A DNA stretch of 64,000 bases from Hemiscyllium ocellatum. Taxonomy: Eukaryota. Position 1 is the stretch's first letter, and the number at the start of each line of letters is the position of its first letter. Below, one piece after another: positions 13,116 to 53,300 of this stretch. Where the stretch lies: positions 17,794,001-17,858,000 of the forward strand of contig NC_083423.1 of assembly GCF_020745735.1 (NCBI RefSeq). Reading direction: 5' to 3'. Made by a program: the position numbers and the translations under genes. The notes under the pieces are model-generated. The model did not search any database. It saw only the letters and a program-made list of their open reading frames with translations, and was not told the DNA's origin.

Positions 13116-16100
13116 TTCATCAGGGTGCAGTCTTTTAGTGGCTTCTCCCAGCCCAGATCTTTTCCAACTCCCATACTAGTAATTTTGTTGGTTTAAGGTT
13201 AAGCCTTCTGAGCCTATTTTCTCTCTCTGGGGAAAAAGTGTCACTTTCGTTCTGTTGCTGGCACTTCCACTTCCCAGTCTGTGGCTTGTAGGTTGAAGAC
13301 CTACTACAGCTGGAATGTGTCACATAAGTTGATAATTAGTATAATATTTAGAGTGCGAAAGAATAAGGTGTTGTTTTCTGCTTGCTCAGATGCACAAGAT
13401 ACCCCGAAAACAACAAGTCCACATTATGCCTTGCCCAATGTTTCTCATCACAACCAATAGTGATTCTCAGCAATGGACAACATAACTGCCGCTGATGTTT
13501 CACACTACTAGTGTTGGGTTTCAGTAAATCAAACATATTAACATTTTACTCTTAAATACTGGAACTATCAATGCCTAAACATTACAGAATGATATGTCAA
13601 TGATGTCATAACATTGCAGAAAAATAATATTTTTAAATTTGTGCACTATCCAGTTATTGGATCTTTCCCTTGCCCCTACTGGAGCTGAAGAACAAAGTGA
13701 AACTGCATTTTGTGAGTACTGATTGGTTGTAACTGCAATGACAAGATTGTTTCAAGATCTGTTATTACATGGTAAATAGCAGAGCTGAATTTCCGTTTAT
13801 TTGTCAATGATTGGCCAGAGTCCAATGAGAATGTTGGCTGTAGAATGTCGTGTTGTAAATCCAGCACTCCATAGTGAACAAGGTGAGCTGTTGCCATTCT
13901 TAATTTCCAACAGTCCTCCAATAGTTTCATCCACGCCAGTTTAATGATGCAACCTTTAGTACTGGCAAATCATTAGTTACTGCTGTTTGATCTTCTGTTT
14001 ATATTTTAACTCTTCTGTCTCATGCTGCTGTCTGCTATATGAAGACAGTCCTTTGCCATGTACAGTTCAGGGCCGGCTTCAATGAAACACATAAGTAGAA
14101 GAAACTGATGAGACCAGAACACATGAATATCTGTAAATTATTGCAATTCTTTGGGATAGTTACAAGAATAAGTAGAAATCATGACAATGCCATTACATTA
14201 CAAATTTCCAAAATTAGTATCTGCAGTGTCCCAAGATCAATAGATCCCACATTTCAATACCACTTTCACATCCCTTCAGAAAAATAGAGACAGCAATCTC
14301 CAAGACAAATGCCCATCAGTATCAAATCTAACATTGTTACATTATTCAGCCAAGCTTAGCAACTTCATTAGATGCAGTTACATTCCTGGTAGTGCCCCTC
14401 AGAATCTCCTTGATCAGATATGACTAGGATAAATGTAAAGTTCCACTTCACTGCTCAGTCACAACATCAGCAGAGTGCCCGCTATCACACCAGAGATATT
14501 TTTCCCATATTCCACACCAGCCACTTCCATTGCCACTCTGAATGAGTGACAATTGCTCTTTAATATCCCTCCCAGAGGGCACCAACTGAATTTCACAGAC
14601 ATCAGTCAGTATTTCATTCAAATAGCTATTCACCCAAAGGACTGCAGAACACTCAATAGTGGGCACTGAGAAGCAGTTACAGGAGGACCAATCCCATTCA
14701 TGCTTAATCACTTGCAACAGAGGGTCCTGGCTGTTTAGAAAGGAAATCAGGATATGAGTCTAGCCAGAGTTTCAGGAGTGAATGAAGACTTTTTCTTTTT
14801 TTTTTGGGGGGGGGGGGGGGGGGGGATGTTGTCGTTGACCAAACCAGATAGTTCGAAAGGCCTCAGCTTTGCCCATAACAGCCAAAGGACTACAATTAGC
14901 AATCTCTGTCATTTAGTGTGGGGAACCTCACTATCTGTTCCACTCGCTTCTCCTCTTCCTTCCTTGCCTTTTGTCAACAGTATGAAAAAATTTTATTCCA
15001 CTCTCCTTCCATTCCAAAAAGATACACTGGACTCATAACTTTAACACTTTCTCTCCTCACAGATACTGCCAGACCTGCTGTGTTTCTTCAGCAATTTGTT
15101 TTTATTTTATATCTCCAATATGCACACTACTTTGCTTTCACAAGCCAACCCAGTGCTTCAGTTAGTGCTGCTCAAAATGGAGAGGAGCATAGAGTACAAG
15201 TTTTCTTTAAATAGAGCAACTCACTTTCATGCAAACCTTGAACTGAATGTCAAGGCAGACCTGGTTTTGGTATTTATCATGGAAAAGATATCTAACATCT
15301 ATTAGGATCTCTGACGTATGACAGTCAGTTGAACTTGCTCAATAATATTACAAAATTGTAGTCACCACTGAAGGAGAGCAAGCGGCTTGAGGGGAAGAGC
15401 ACAATTCCGATATGCAGGTCCAGTACTTTCTAGATTTGTTTCAGAGTAAAGTGCCTTTCCATTGTGGGGATTGATAGAGGTCTTCAGCAACATCAGATGA
15501 ACCACTCCTTGAACTGGGAAGGACAAATTATGTGCTGGCAACTTAGATCTACTGGGAGGTAGACTGAAGCAGCCCACATTAAATACATAGGACCTTTAGA
15601 GTAGCTTACATTTATCACAACGATTTGAACTGATGACAGAGCTGAGACTGCATCCAGTATTTGCCTTTACCCATCAGCTCCCAGTAAAACTGGTGAGTCT
15701 CTTGCTTTCACTAACATTTATGCAGGCATTTATAAAGTGAAACAGAATATGTTTTGACAACCTACCCCACCAACTCAAGCAATTTGCACAATACTTGCAT
15801 CCAGGCTGTTCAGTATATAAAAATATGAATAAAAGTTTCAGCATGGAGGAGTTAACTTCATTAATATAAAAACAGAGCAAGATCAGACACATGACCTAGG
15901 ACAGTGGTGCCATTATTCCAGTAGGTTGAGGCATTATTCTGTGCACTTACAGACAAGCAAAGAAAAAACAAGTTCTGTCTCTCCCATCCTCAGATGCTCT
16001 GTACAACAATTCCTTTGGCCAAACAGAAATACTACGATGCTGACAGGAGTTGATACTCTTCTTTCATAACAAATACAGCAGTAAAACTACTTCACATAAT

Positions 16101-16484
16101 GCTTTGAAGAGCATGAAAATTACATACATCCACTGGTCATTATAAAAGAGGCCTTTTCCTTTAAACATTAGGAGCGATAAAAGCTTTCGTTTTGAAAAAA
16201 AAAAGTCCCTCGGTACTGAAGCAGCTGCACAGCAGCCAGACAAACATTTAGTGAGCACACAACCTCAGGGAGGTTCACAGAAAAATTCTAATGTTGTCTT
16301 CAGACTTTCTGGTCCAGCGCCCCACATTTCTGTCAGTTGTCAGTATAAGAAAGGTCAAGAAGAAAGATGATGGGATGCCAGAAGGGGATTGTAGAAGTGA
16401 AGTGAGGTGCCAAAATGCTGAATCTGTTCAACTTCTGCACAAATCAAATACATATGTTCAGTTACATCTCCTGGCAATTGTTCC

Positions 16485-44237
<27,753 letters not shown>

Positions 44238-44240
44238 TTA

Positions 44241-44374
44241 CTCACTCACTCACTCCACGTTCCCTCCACCGGCTCGACCGCCACCGGAAACTAAATTACA
44301 CACTTCCGTTCACCAACACCGAGACCTGACGTCAGGCAAAACGTGTTGAACAAACGCGGGAAGTTTACCACGTG
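44241..44374 (-). promoter_or_regulatory. TMEM209 non-coding exon 1 and CpG-rich promoter
   Basis: Locally CpG-rich. GTGAGT donors at 44245/44249/44253; ETS-like GGAA cores; full CRE TGACGTCA at 44327-44334 inside the 12-bp palindrome CCTGACGTCAGG; E-box CACGTG at 44369-44374. Confidence 0.7.
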
Positions 44375-44379
44375 CTTCC

Positions 44380-45640
44380 CTGACCCTTGACCATCCCCTG
44401 GACACACCCACTGCCCCATGACCCATCCATGGACCCATCTTCTGACCCTTGCACACACCCACTGTCCCATGGCCCACCTATGGACACATCCTCTGACCCT
44501 TGCACACACCCACTGCCCCATGACACACCCATGGACCCATCCTCTGACCCTTGCACACACCTACTGCCCCATGACCCATCCATGGACCCATCTTCTGATC
44601 CTTGCACACACCCACTGCCCCATGACACACCCATGGACCCATCCTCTGACCCTTGCACACACCCACTGCCCCATGGCCCACCTATGGACCCCCCCCCCGA
44701 CCCTTGCACACACCCACCGTCCCATGACCCACCCATGGACCCATCTTCTGACCCTTGCACACACCCACTGCTCCATGACCCACCCATGGACCCATCCTCT
44801 GACCCTTGCACACACCTACTGCCCCAGGACCCATCCATGGACCCATCTTCTGACCCTTGCACACACCCACTGCCCCATGACACACCCATGGACCCACCCT
44901 CTGGCCCTTGCACACACTCACTGCCCCATGACACACCCATGGACCCATCTTCTGACCCTTGGACACACCCATGGACCCATCTTCTGACCCTTGCACACAC
45001 CCACTGCCCCATGGCCCAACCATGGACCCACCCTCTGGCCCTTGCACACACCCACTGTCCCATGACCCACCCATGGACCCATCTTCTGACCCTTGCACAC
45101 ACCCACTGCCCCATGACCCACCCATGGACCCATCCTCTGACCCTTGCACACACCCATTGCCCCATGACCCACCCATGGACCCATCTTCTGACCCTTGCAC
45201 ACACCCACTGCCCCATGGCCCACCTATGGACCCTACCCCCCTGCCCCATGACCCACCCATGGACCCATCCTCTGACCCTTGCACACACCCACTGCCCCAT
45301 GACCCACCCACGGACCCATCTTCTGACCCTTGCACACACCCACTGCCCCATGGCCCACCTATGGACCCTACCCCCCTGCCCCATGACCCACCCATGGACC
45401 CATCCTCTGACCCTTGCACACACCCACTGCCCCATGACCCACCCACAGACCCATCTTCTGACCCTTGCACACACCCACTGCCCCATGGCCCACCTATGGA
45501 CCCTACCCCCCTGCCCCATGACCCACCCATGGACCCATCCTCTGACCCTTGCACACACCCACTGCCCCATGACCCACCCACGGACCCATCTTCTGACCCT
45601 TGCACACACCTACTGCCCCATGACCCACCAATGATCCACC
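44380..45640. repeat. C-rich minisatellite, 51-bp unit (about 25 units) with 33-bp variants forming a 135-bp higher-order repeat
   Basis: Unit gacccatcttctgacccttgcacacacccactgccccatgacccacccatg; 17-aa periodicity (DPSSDPCTHPLPHDPPM) in the ORF track. Confidence 0.97.
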
Positions 45641-46569
45641 CTCTGACTCTTGAACCACCCCCCACAGCACCTTAGACCCACTTCCTGTCACTTGAACAAC
45701 ATCCCCTCAGACTCACCACAGCATCATGGACCCACCTACTTTCTATTGAACCACCACCACCACTGTTCCCTGGATGCCCCCCAGAGCACAGTGGACCCAC
45801 CCCCTGACCCTTGAACCACTCCCCTTTCCCATGCCCTTTCAACCACCCCCATAGGACCTTTGACCCACCCCCTGCCCCTTGAACCAACTCCCACAGCCCC
45901 TTTAACAGCTCCCCACCCCCCCTCCAAAGCACCTTGGACCCATCCCTTGTCCCTTGATCCACCCCACTGCAACAGTTCAGAATTACAACCCAGCAAACAA
46001 CTCCTATTGCTTAACAAACAGGTCTGGAACTCAGATGATTTGAGACCAGGAATTGTGTTCTGAATGGGTTATCTGCATCTGTAGTGTTCAGCAACTGTCG
46101 TCCACTGTAAGGAATTTGTTTCTTTAGAATTAGCTTTTCCATGAGCATACTAATACAGTTGGTGTCTGTGGAATAAAGTATGACTGATCTGGAAACTTAA
46201 TGCATCCCAAGTGCTTTTCTTGCATTACATTTGGAAAATCATAGTCAATATGCCCACCATCTAACACATAGGCCATTAGGTCCTGCCAATCTATCAGATT
46301 TTAGTTTGTTGAGCTTTTTTAACACTTTTTCTTAGTTCAAATCTTATCATGGCCTTGATTCAATAACAAGAGCCCAATAAAAGAGAAATTGGCCAGGTAC
46401 CTCAACAAGTAGTCCTGAGAAAAATTAGGTCAATGGGGTTTAAGAGAGAAACCGTGGATCAAACATGAAACCGAGGAAGGTGACCTTGGTTGTCTAGGAT
46501 TAATCGTAGGAACATTGTGAACAGGAGGAGCCATTCAGAGTGATGCCATCACTGACTGAGGTTACCATG

Positions 46570-46942
46570 AAAGAAAAACCAAAGAACTGCAGATGCTGGA
46601 AAGCAGAAACAAAATCAGAAACTGCTGGAAAAACTTAGGTATGGCAGCACTTGTGGAGAGAAAGCAGAGTGAACATTTTGAGTTCAGTGAATCTTTTTCC
46701 TATCCACAGAAGCGAAACAATGTGGCGCTGGAAAAGCACAGCCAGTCAGGCAGCATCTGAGGAGCAGGAGAGTTGTCGGAACGTCAACTCCCCTGCTCCT
46801 CGGATGCTGCCTGACCGGCTGTGCTTTTCCAGCACCACACATTTTGACTCTTATATCCAGTATTTGCAGTCCTCACTTTGTCCTATTCACAGATGCTGCC
46901 AGACTGGCTGAGTTTTTATTTTCAGCAATTTCTGATTTTGTT
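46570..46942. mobile_element. Young Penelope mini-element (46711-46880) nested in an older fold-back pLTR element
   Basis: 13-bp TSD tcctat(c/t)cacaga at 46698-46710 and 46881-46893. Confidence 0.78.
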
Positions 46943-48058
46943 ATCATAAAGAACTAGCCTTCTCAACTCCACCCCTCACAGGAGGCATGGTGATTTTCAA
47001 GTTAAATCACCCACAAGTCATATCTCTCTCAACAGAGGGTAACACTATGGTCTGATAGGACTATGGTGACTTTGCCCTATACCATTTAGCTGATCAGTAC
47101 CTCAATTCTAGTTACCTACCTTTGCTCCACAACCTCTAACAATAAAAACCTATCAATTTCTGTTTTAAGCACTTCAACTTACCTGGAACACACAACTTTT
47201 TAAGGGATAGAGTTCAAGGTTATTAGCTTTTTGATTACTCTTTGCACCAGTGCACTAGACCTTAGTGATTAATGTACATGGAGACCTGAATACATTTGTT
47301 GTTAAATTGCACATTGATCCCAGTCTCTCTAATGAAGAAGATCTTATAATTTGCCTTTCTTGGATCTAAAATAACGAGTGCAAAATGTCCCATCTTGAAC
47401 CCCACCTGTTGTAGTTTTGTACACCTGCTTTGTTTGTTGATGTTGCTTTGTAACCCACCTGCCATCTACACTATTTTTACAATGGGACATAACCGTGAGG
47501 AAGTGATGCTTCACTTACACAGAACCTTGGTCAGACCTTATCTGGATTAATTGCATTCAATTTTGGACACTGCATATCAAGAAGGATAAATTGGCCTTGG
47601 AGGGAGTGCAATGGAAATTCAGCAAACTAACTCTGTAGCTGAAGGGATTACAAGGACAAGATGTTTTAACTTGATTTGTTTTTGTTGAGCATATGAGTTT
47701 GAGGAGTCTTATTGCAAGTCAGCTGAAGCAAATCAAGGTAAAATGCTAAAGGAATTCTGTGCAGGAGCTATTGAGAAACTATATCCTCTCCTCTCCAACT
47801 ATTGTTGCAAAAGTTTCAATAACACATCAGCTTACTCAACTACCTGTTCGTTTCCTCTCAGTGTCACTATCCCTAACCCCAAAGCTAAACATCAGAAAGA
47901 ACATGGTGTGGAATGATTTGGTTGATTTTGGAAATCACCAATATGCAGCTTTTTCATTCTTCAATTTATTTGTACATTGCCAAGTTATGAAGAAGTATGT
48001 GTTTTTATCCACAACCATCAGGAGTTTTCTGGAAAAACAAACAAGGTTTTGATATAAA

Positions 48059-48162
48059 CAGTTGCAATTTGCGTGGGAAATATTCCACTATTCTACAGAT
48101 TAATCGTGGTCATCAATCTTTGGTCCAAGTCATCCACTTGGCACCTCTCACTCTTTAAATAG
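48059..48162 (+). promoter_or_regulatory. CPA proximal promoter: E-box, RBPJ/RBPJL (TC-box) site, TATA-like element
   Basis: CAGTTG 48059-48064; CGTGGGAA 48072-48079; CACTTG about 48135-48140; TTTAAATA about 40 bp upstream of the ATG. Confidence 0.55.
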
Positions 48163-48198
48163 GTCCCAGCATGTTTTAGCTTTCCACAAGGCTTCACC

Positions 48199-48263
48199 AT
48201 GAGAACACTTTTGATTTTCTCAGCTCTGCTGGTGGCCATTTGCGCTCAGAGCAGGTTTGAAGG
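48199..48263 (+). CDS. CPA2: CPA exon 1 (signal peptide)
   Basis: 65 nt, [22 protein letters not shown]; donor gtgagt. Confidence 0.92.
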
Positions 48264-50277
48264 GTGAGTTACTGCCTTGTGACCAGATTCCTCAAGTTAA
48301 TTTGATCGATTACACAGAAAGATTGAGCCTCACCCTTTATTGAGTTTGCAGATTGTGAGCGGAGAGGCATGCAACTGGTTATTTATGTGTCCTCAAGCTT
48401 GGGATTGGGTTGAGAAGGGTCCGGGGACCCCCAATAGATCTGCGTGTGGGCAAAGATTTGATTTGCTTGTGATTCCTCCCTTACCTAAATAAGTGAGATT
48501 CGCATATGGATTGTTTGCATGGAGTATTTTGATGGCTAATCACAGTCTGAAATGGGTTAACGTACTCCCGGTTAATACAAAAGTGGTTGCAGAATTGGTT
48601 CTAATGGTAATGATACTTATAGCAGTCAAGTGTTCTGTTCAATTCCAATTGTGTTACCTGTAGATATTGTTGCTAATATTAAAAGGGCAGCACTGTTAGT
48701 GAATAAACTAACAGAAGTCTCACTAATACATAGTAAATGAAAGCTTGATCTGGAGCTATTCCTAGATTGACTATACACCTTATGGTATGAAACCCAAAAA
48801 TTGCCCAAATTGACATGGTGAAAATCACTTCTCTCTCTCTTCAAGGGACTGTCTATGACATGAATTTGTGAATATCTGTACTCCTATTCCTCACACGTGA
48901 GGTTCAACAAGGCAAAATGGTTTGTAATTTGCTTTGTGACATTTTGAGGTTATGCTATGCAAGTTCATAGTAATTAACACAATGCCCATTAAGGAAACAC
49001 TGATACTGACCAAAATAAAATGAAAAGAACTGTGGTTGCTGAATCTGATACTGACCACGTGCTCTGTTTACAGGGATCAGGTCCTCCGAATTACACCCAG
49101 AGATGAAAAACAGGTGAGCCTTGTGATGTCCTTGGAGGATCAGGAGCATCTTCAGGTGAGTTAAGACCAAAACTGAATCTCTCCAGAGCAAACTACAAAC
49201 ACAAATGAACACCATCAATAGACAGTTGATAGTGCACTGGTCTACAGTTGGCACCATCAGTGTGATATTTCAGTGGTAATCTTTTCTTTTAACTGCCTTT
49301 CAAACCAGGCAGATCGGTTCTGTAACTAGTTATGAGCTGCCAAAACATAGGGAAATTCTAATAGGTTGTAAACTTCGGGCTGGAAATAAAAATAAGGCTC
49401 TTACCCCATGACTTTCCATTATAACAACAATAATTTATATTTATATAGTTCCTTTAAAGTGAAGGAACAACTGAAGGTTTCACAGATGCATTATCAAGAG
49501 AAGTATGACATCAGACTGAATTTTCTCAGCCTTTGAACAATGTAAGCATCGGCAAGAACTTTGAGAAAAATGGTGTGAGAACATTATTGAGAAGATTCCT
49601 GATGCTGAGAGCAAAAAGTCTCAGTTTTTAGCCACATTTTGAACAGGGTGATGAGATTCTATTAGTGAATGACAAGGACCTAGCCAACGTATCATACACA
49701 GGACTAGTGGCATTGTGTCAAAGCATACATCATTTTATCAAAATCCTGTTTTTAACGACAACCCCAGACACAGCATTTGTTAACTGGTTGTTTCAAGGAA
49801 ATTCTGTCATGTACTACAAATAAATATTCTATATAATTGTTATCCTCTCCCTCTACAACTCCAGCTTGATATCTGGCATCGTCCTGTCAAGTCTGACCTC
49901 TTTATAGATGTCCATGTTCCAGAGAACAGTCTTCAGTCCTTCAAAGTGTTTCTGGAATACAATGGTATTCAGTACTCAGTGATGATTGAAGACCTGCAGG
50001 TATGTCACTAAAGCAAAACTAAACCAGGTTAAGGAATTATATTTTAGCCTAGAGAAATTTAGCCAAATTTTCGATACATTATTTTTTTCTGATGGTCCTG
50101 CTGGACTTGTCTGTGCAAATGGTTGTGTGTGAGACCAATGTTTGGAGAGCTATGTGTGTTTCAGAATATATGTAAGTGTATGCAACATTCTGTTGGTGTG
50201 ACTGCATGCACTTGTGTGTGAACATAGAGTTTTTGTGGGTGATGTAAGTGGGGCAGTGCATGTGCGTGTATTTGGAA

Positions 50278-50346
<69 letters not shown>

Positions 50347-53300
50347 TGTGTTTGACTGAGGGGGCATATCAGGCTGTGTGAGTTTGTAGTAGTGTGTATT
50401 TGAGGGTTTCGGAGGGAAAGTGAGGACTGCAGTTGCTGGAGATCAGAGCTGAAAAATGTGTTGCTGGAAAAGCTTAGCAGGTCAGGCAGCATCCAAGGAG
50501 CAGGAGAATTGACGTTTCGGGCATAAGCCCTTCTTCAGGAATTGTTTTGAGGGTTTCGGCCTATAATGTTTATTAGAATTTAGAAGAATGAGAAGAGACC
50601 TAATTGTGGTATGGAGGATACTAATGGGGATTGTTAAAGTAGACATAGAGAGAATGTTTTCTCTTGTTCTAGATTTAAAACAGAGGTCTGGGGAAATTAT
50701 TTCTCTCAAGGGTCATGGATCTGTGGAATTCACTACCCCTGAGAGTGATGGATACTGGAACATTGAATAAATTTAAGGAGGAGGGAAACAGATTTGTAAT
50801 TAGTAACTTGTATCGGGAGTGGGATTGAGACTGAAATGAAATCACCCTGTGGAACGGTGGATCAGGTTCGAGGGCTGAATTGCCTACTCCTGCTCCAAGT
50901 TCTTATGTGCTGAGTGTTAAAGGTTTTGTATAAAGCTGCATCTTACCTTCAGGTGATGATTGACAATGAGAAAGCTGAACTGGAGCAGATGACCACGATG
51001 GAACGCTCCACCCACTCCTTCAACTATGGCAAATACCACACTCTGGATGAGGTATGCACTCAGGGGCTGTAATGGGAAGAAGTTACATTATATTTGTGTG
51101 CTGTGCTCTGACAGCACAGTCACAGAGGAGTCGGGGATGGTCAGTAAAACTATAATTAGTAGTTATCATCCTGGCATCAGCTGGGTTCTGTCCCTCTCAG
51201 TGAATAAGCCCGTATATCTGCTTTGCAGAAACTGTTGGTAAGAGCATCAGATAGGTCAGGAATAATGAGAAGGAAAGAACTGTCTCTCCGTCACCTCTGT
51301 CTACTGACCTTTCACAGCATTACTTCCAGCAAAATACCATACAACCCACCTAATCATCACCTCAGCCATTTATCTTAATTGGTATGACAGATCTGAAATA
51401 AGGGCTTTCGTGACATCTGGTAGTGTCCCTACCTCTGAGCCAAGAGGGCTAAGTTCACATTCCACCTGGCTCCAGCAGTGTGTAATAACATCTCTGAACA
51501 GATTGATTGGGAAATATCTGGCAGATTGGAACTACTTAGATTGGTTAATGAGAATGTTCAGAACTAGTTACATTGGGTAGTGATTATAACCATGACTTGG
51601 AGGGTCTTATGGCACAGTGGTAGTGTCTCTACCTCTGAGCTAGGAAGTCTAGGTTCCAGTCCCATTTACTCTAAAGGTATGTCATTAACATCCCAGGTCA
51701 GGTTTGATTAAAAAAAAATCATGCCTGGAGTTTTTATTGAACACTTGTCCGATTATACAAGCTCTCTTCTCCTGTTCTTCTACACATTAGTCTGCATTAT
51801 TTTTATTGACCTGTAATTTTTAACCCAGATCTATAGTTGGATGGACAGTCTTGCTAATGAATATCCAGGACTGGTACAGAAGCAGCAAATTGGGACTTCA
51901 TTCGAAGGTCGCCCACTCTACGTGTTAAAGGTATGGCAATGACTGAGGGCCAATTGCACATTGTCCTCTCGCTGCTTCAAAGCATTGGGGTGAATTGTGA
52001 CCATCACTTCAGGCCAAACTCTGGGTCAATGTCCCACAATCCGGGTTAACCAGCAGCATCTCAAAGGCCTGAATGTCTGAGTTTGAACAGTTCTCACAGA
52101 GAGAAGAAGGGACTTCTCCCTCTGGCACAATTTAATCCCAGTTCCTTGATCCTCAATGTATGATGTCAGCAGACAAAAACATTTTGAACAAGTCAGATAA
52201 GGGCTGTAAGACTGCCAACTCCTGGATAAATTCCTGGTGATTTTATCTCTCCATCCAGTTAAACTATCATTTGTTAACCCTTCACCAATATTGTGTGTGG
52301 CACATTGAGAATCTGCTGGTAAATCCACCATGATTAAAGGATGTGTTTCCTTGGGAACAATGTTTTCTCATTGCTGGGGAAATTTGACCAGGGAGGATCA
52401 TGTGCCTGTACAGAAGTTGTCCCTTTTGGTGCATTTGAGTGAATGAGTGGGAAAACAGGTAGTGCTCTCAGCTTCCTCTCTGCTTCCCCCCAGATGATGC
52501 TACAGACCTCCCAATTCCTAAGAGACGGGGTTGCATTCTCTGTGTAACCATCTCCCATTCATTTTGACAGTTCAGCACTGGTGGGACTGGACGCCCAGCG
52601 ATATGGATTGACAGTGGGATCCATGCCCGTGAGTGGGTCTCACCCGCCAGTGCAATCTGGATGGCGAAGAAGGTAAACTGATAGACTTACACTGGATAGG
52701 GATGGAATAAATCTGAGTCACACAGACTAGGAATGTTCTAGGATCCATCACCGCTTTGTGCTCAATTAGCTGACCTTGAATGTGAATGATGGTAGGGGGG
52801 AGGATTCAGAAAGGGATGAACGTCAGAGTTGGCGTCAAGACCCTGAGTCTGGGAGATTGTTTGAGAGAGTGGGGTGGGGGGGAGGTGTCAGGATTTGGTC
52901 TTAGGACCCTAGCAAATGGATTCTGAAACTTGTGTGACATTTAAATGAGCACTTGAAAAGCCATAGCATATAAGGATACAGGCCAAGTGCTGAAAAGACA
53001 GGACTAGCCTCGATAGATAATTGATGACCTGCACAGACACAATGGGCCAAAGGGCCTCTTTCCATGCTGTAAAAACGCTGTGACTTCATGACTCTGCGAC
53101 TGACTGATCCTGATGACAAGGTAGTTGATTCCCTACTCTTTTTCTGCTTCTTGTTCCATCTCTCACTATTTCCCATTATTAATGATTTTCCATCTCACAT
53201 CTTTCTCTTAGTTTTATTCTCTCACTATTTTACCTCTTTGTATCTTATTCTGTTTCATTCTCTTTCGCTTTACTCTCTGTTTCACTTATCAGCTTTGTCT

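Noticed and set aside
15674-15892. ORF ending INVSESKRLTSF, faintly like the KLHDC10 C-terminal region
   Set aside because: Lies in the presumed TMEM209 3' UTR, no kelch repeats or supporting exons; likely chance.
44380-45640. CRISPR-like array
   Set aside because: Head-to-tail tandem repeat with no unique spacers, no cas genes, eukaryotic context.
44365-45675. Long ORFs (414, 415, 327, 238 aa) on both strands
   Set aside because: By-products of a stop-poor 51-bp (multiple of 3) minisatellite; open in several frames and both strands, with no gene structure.
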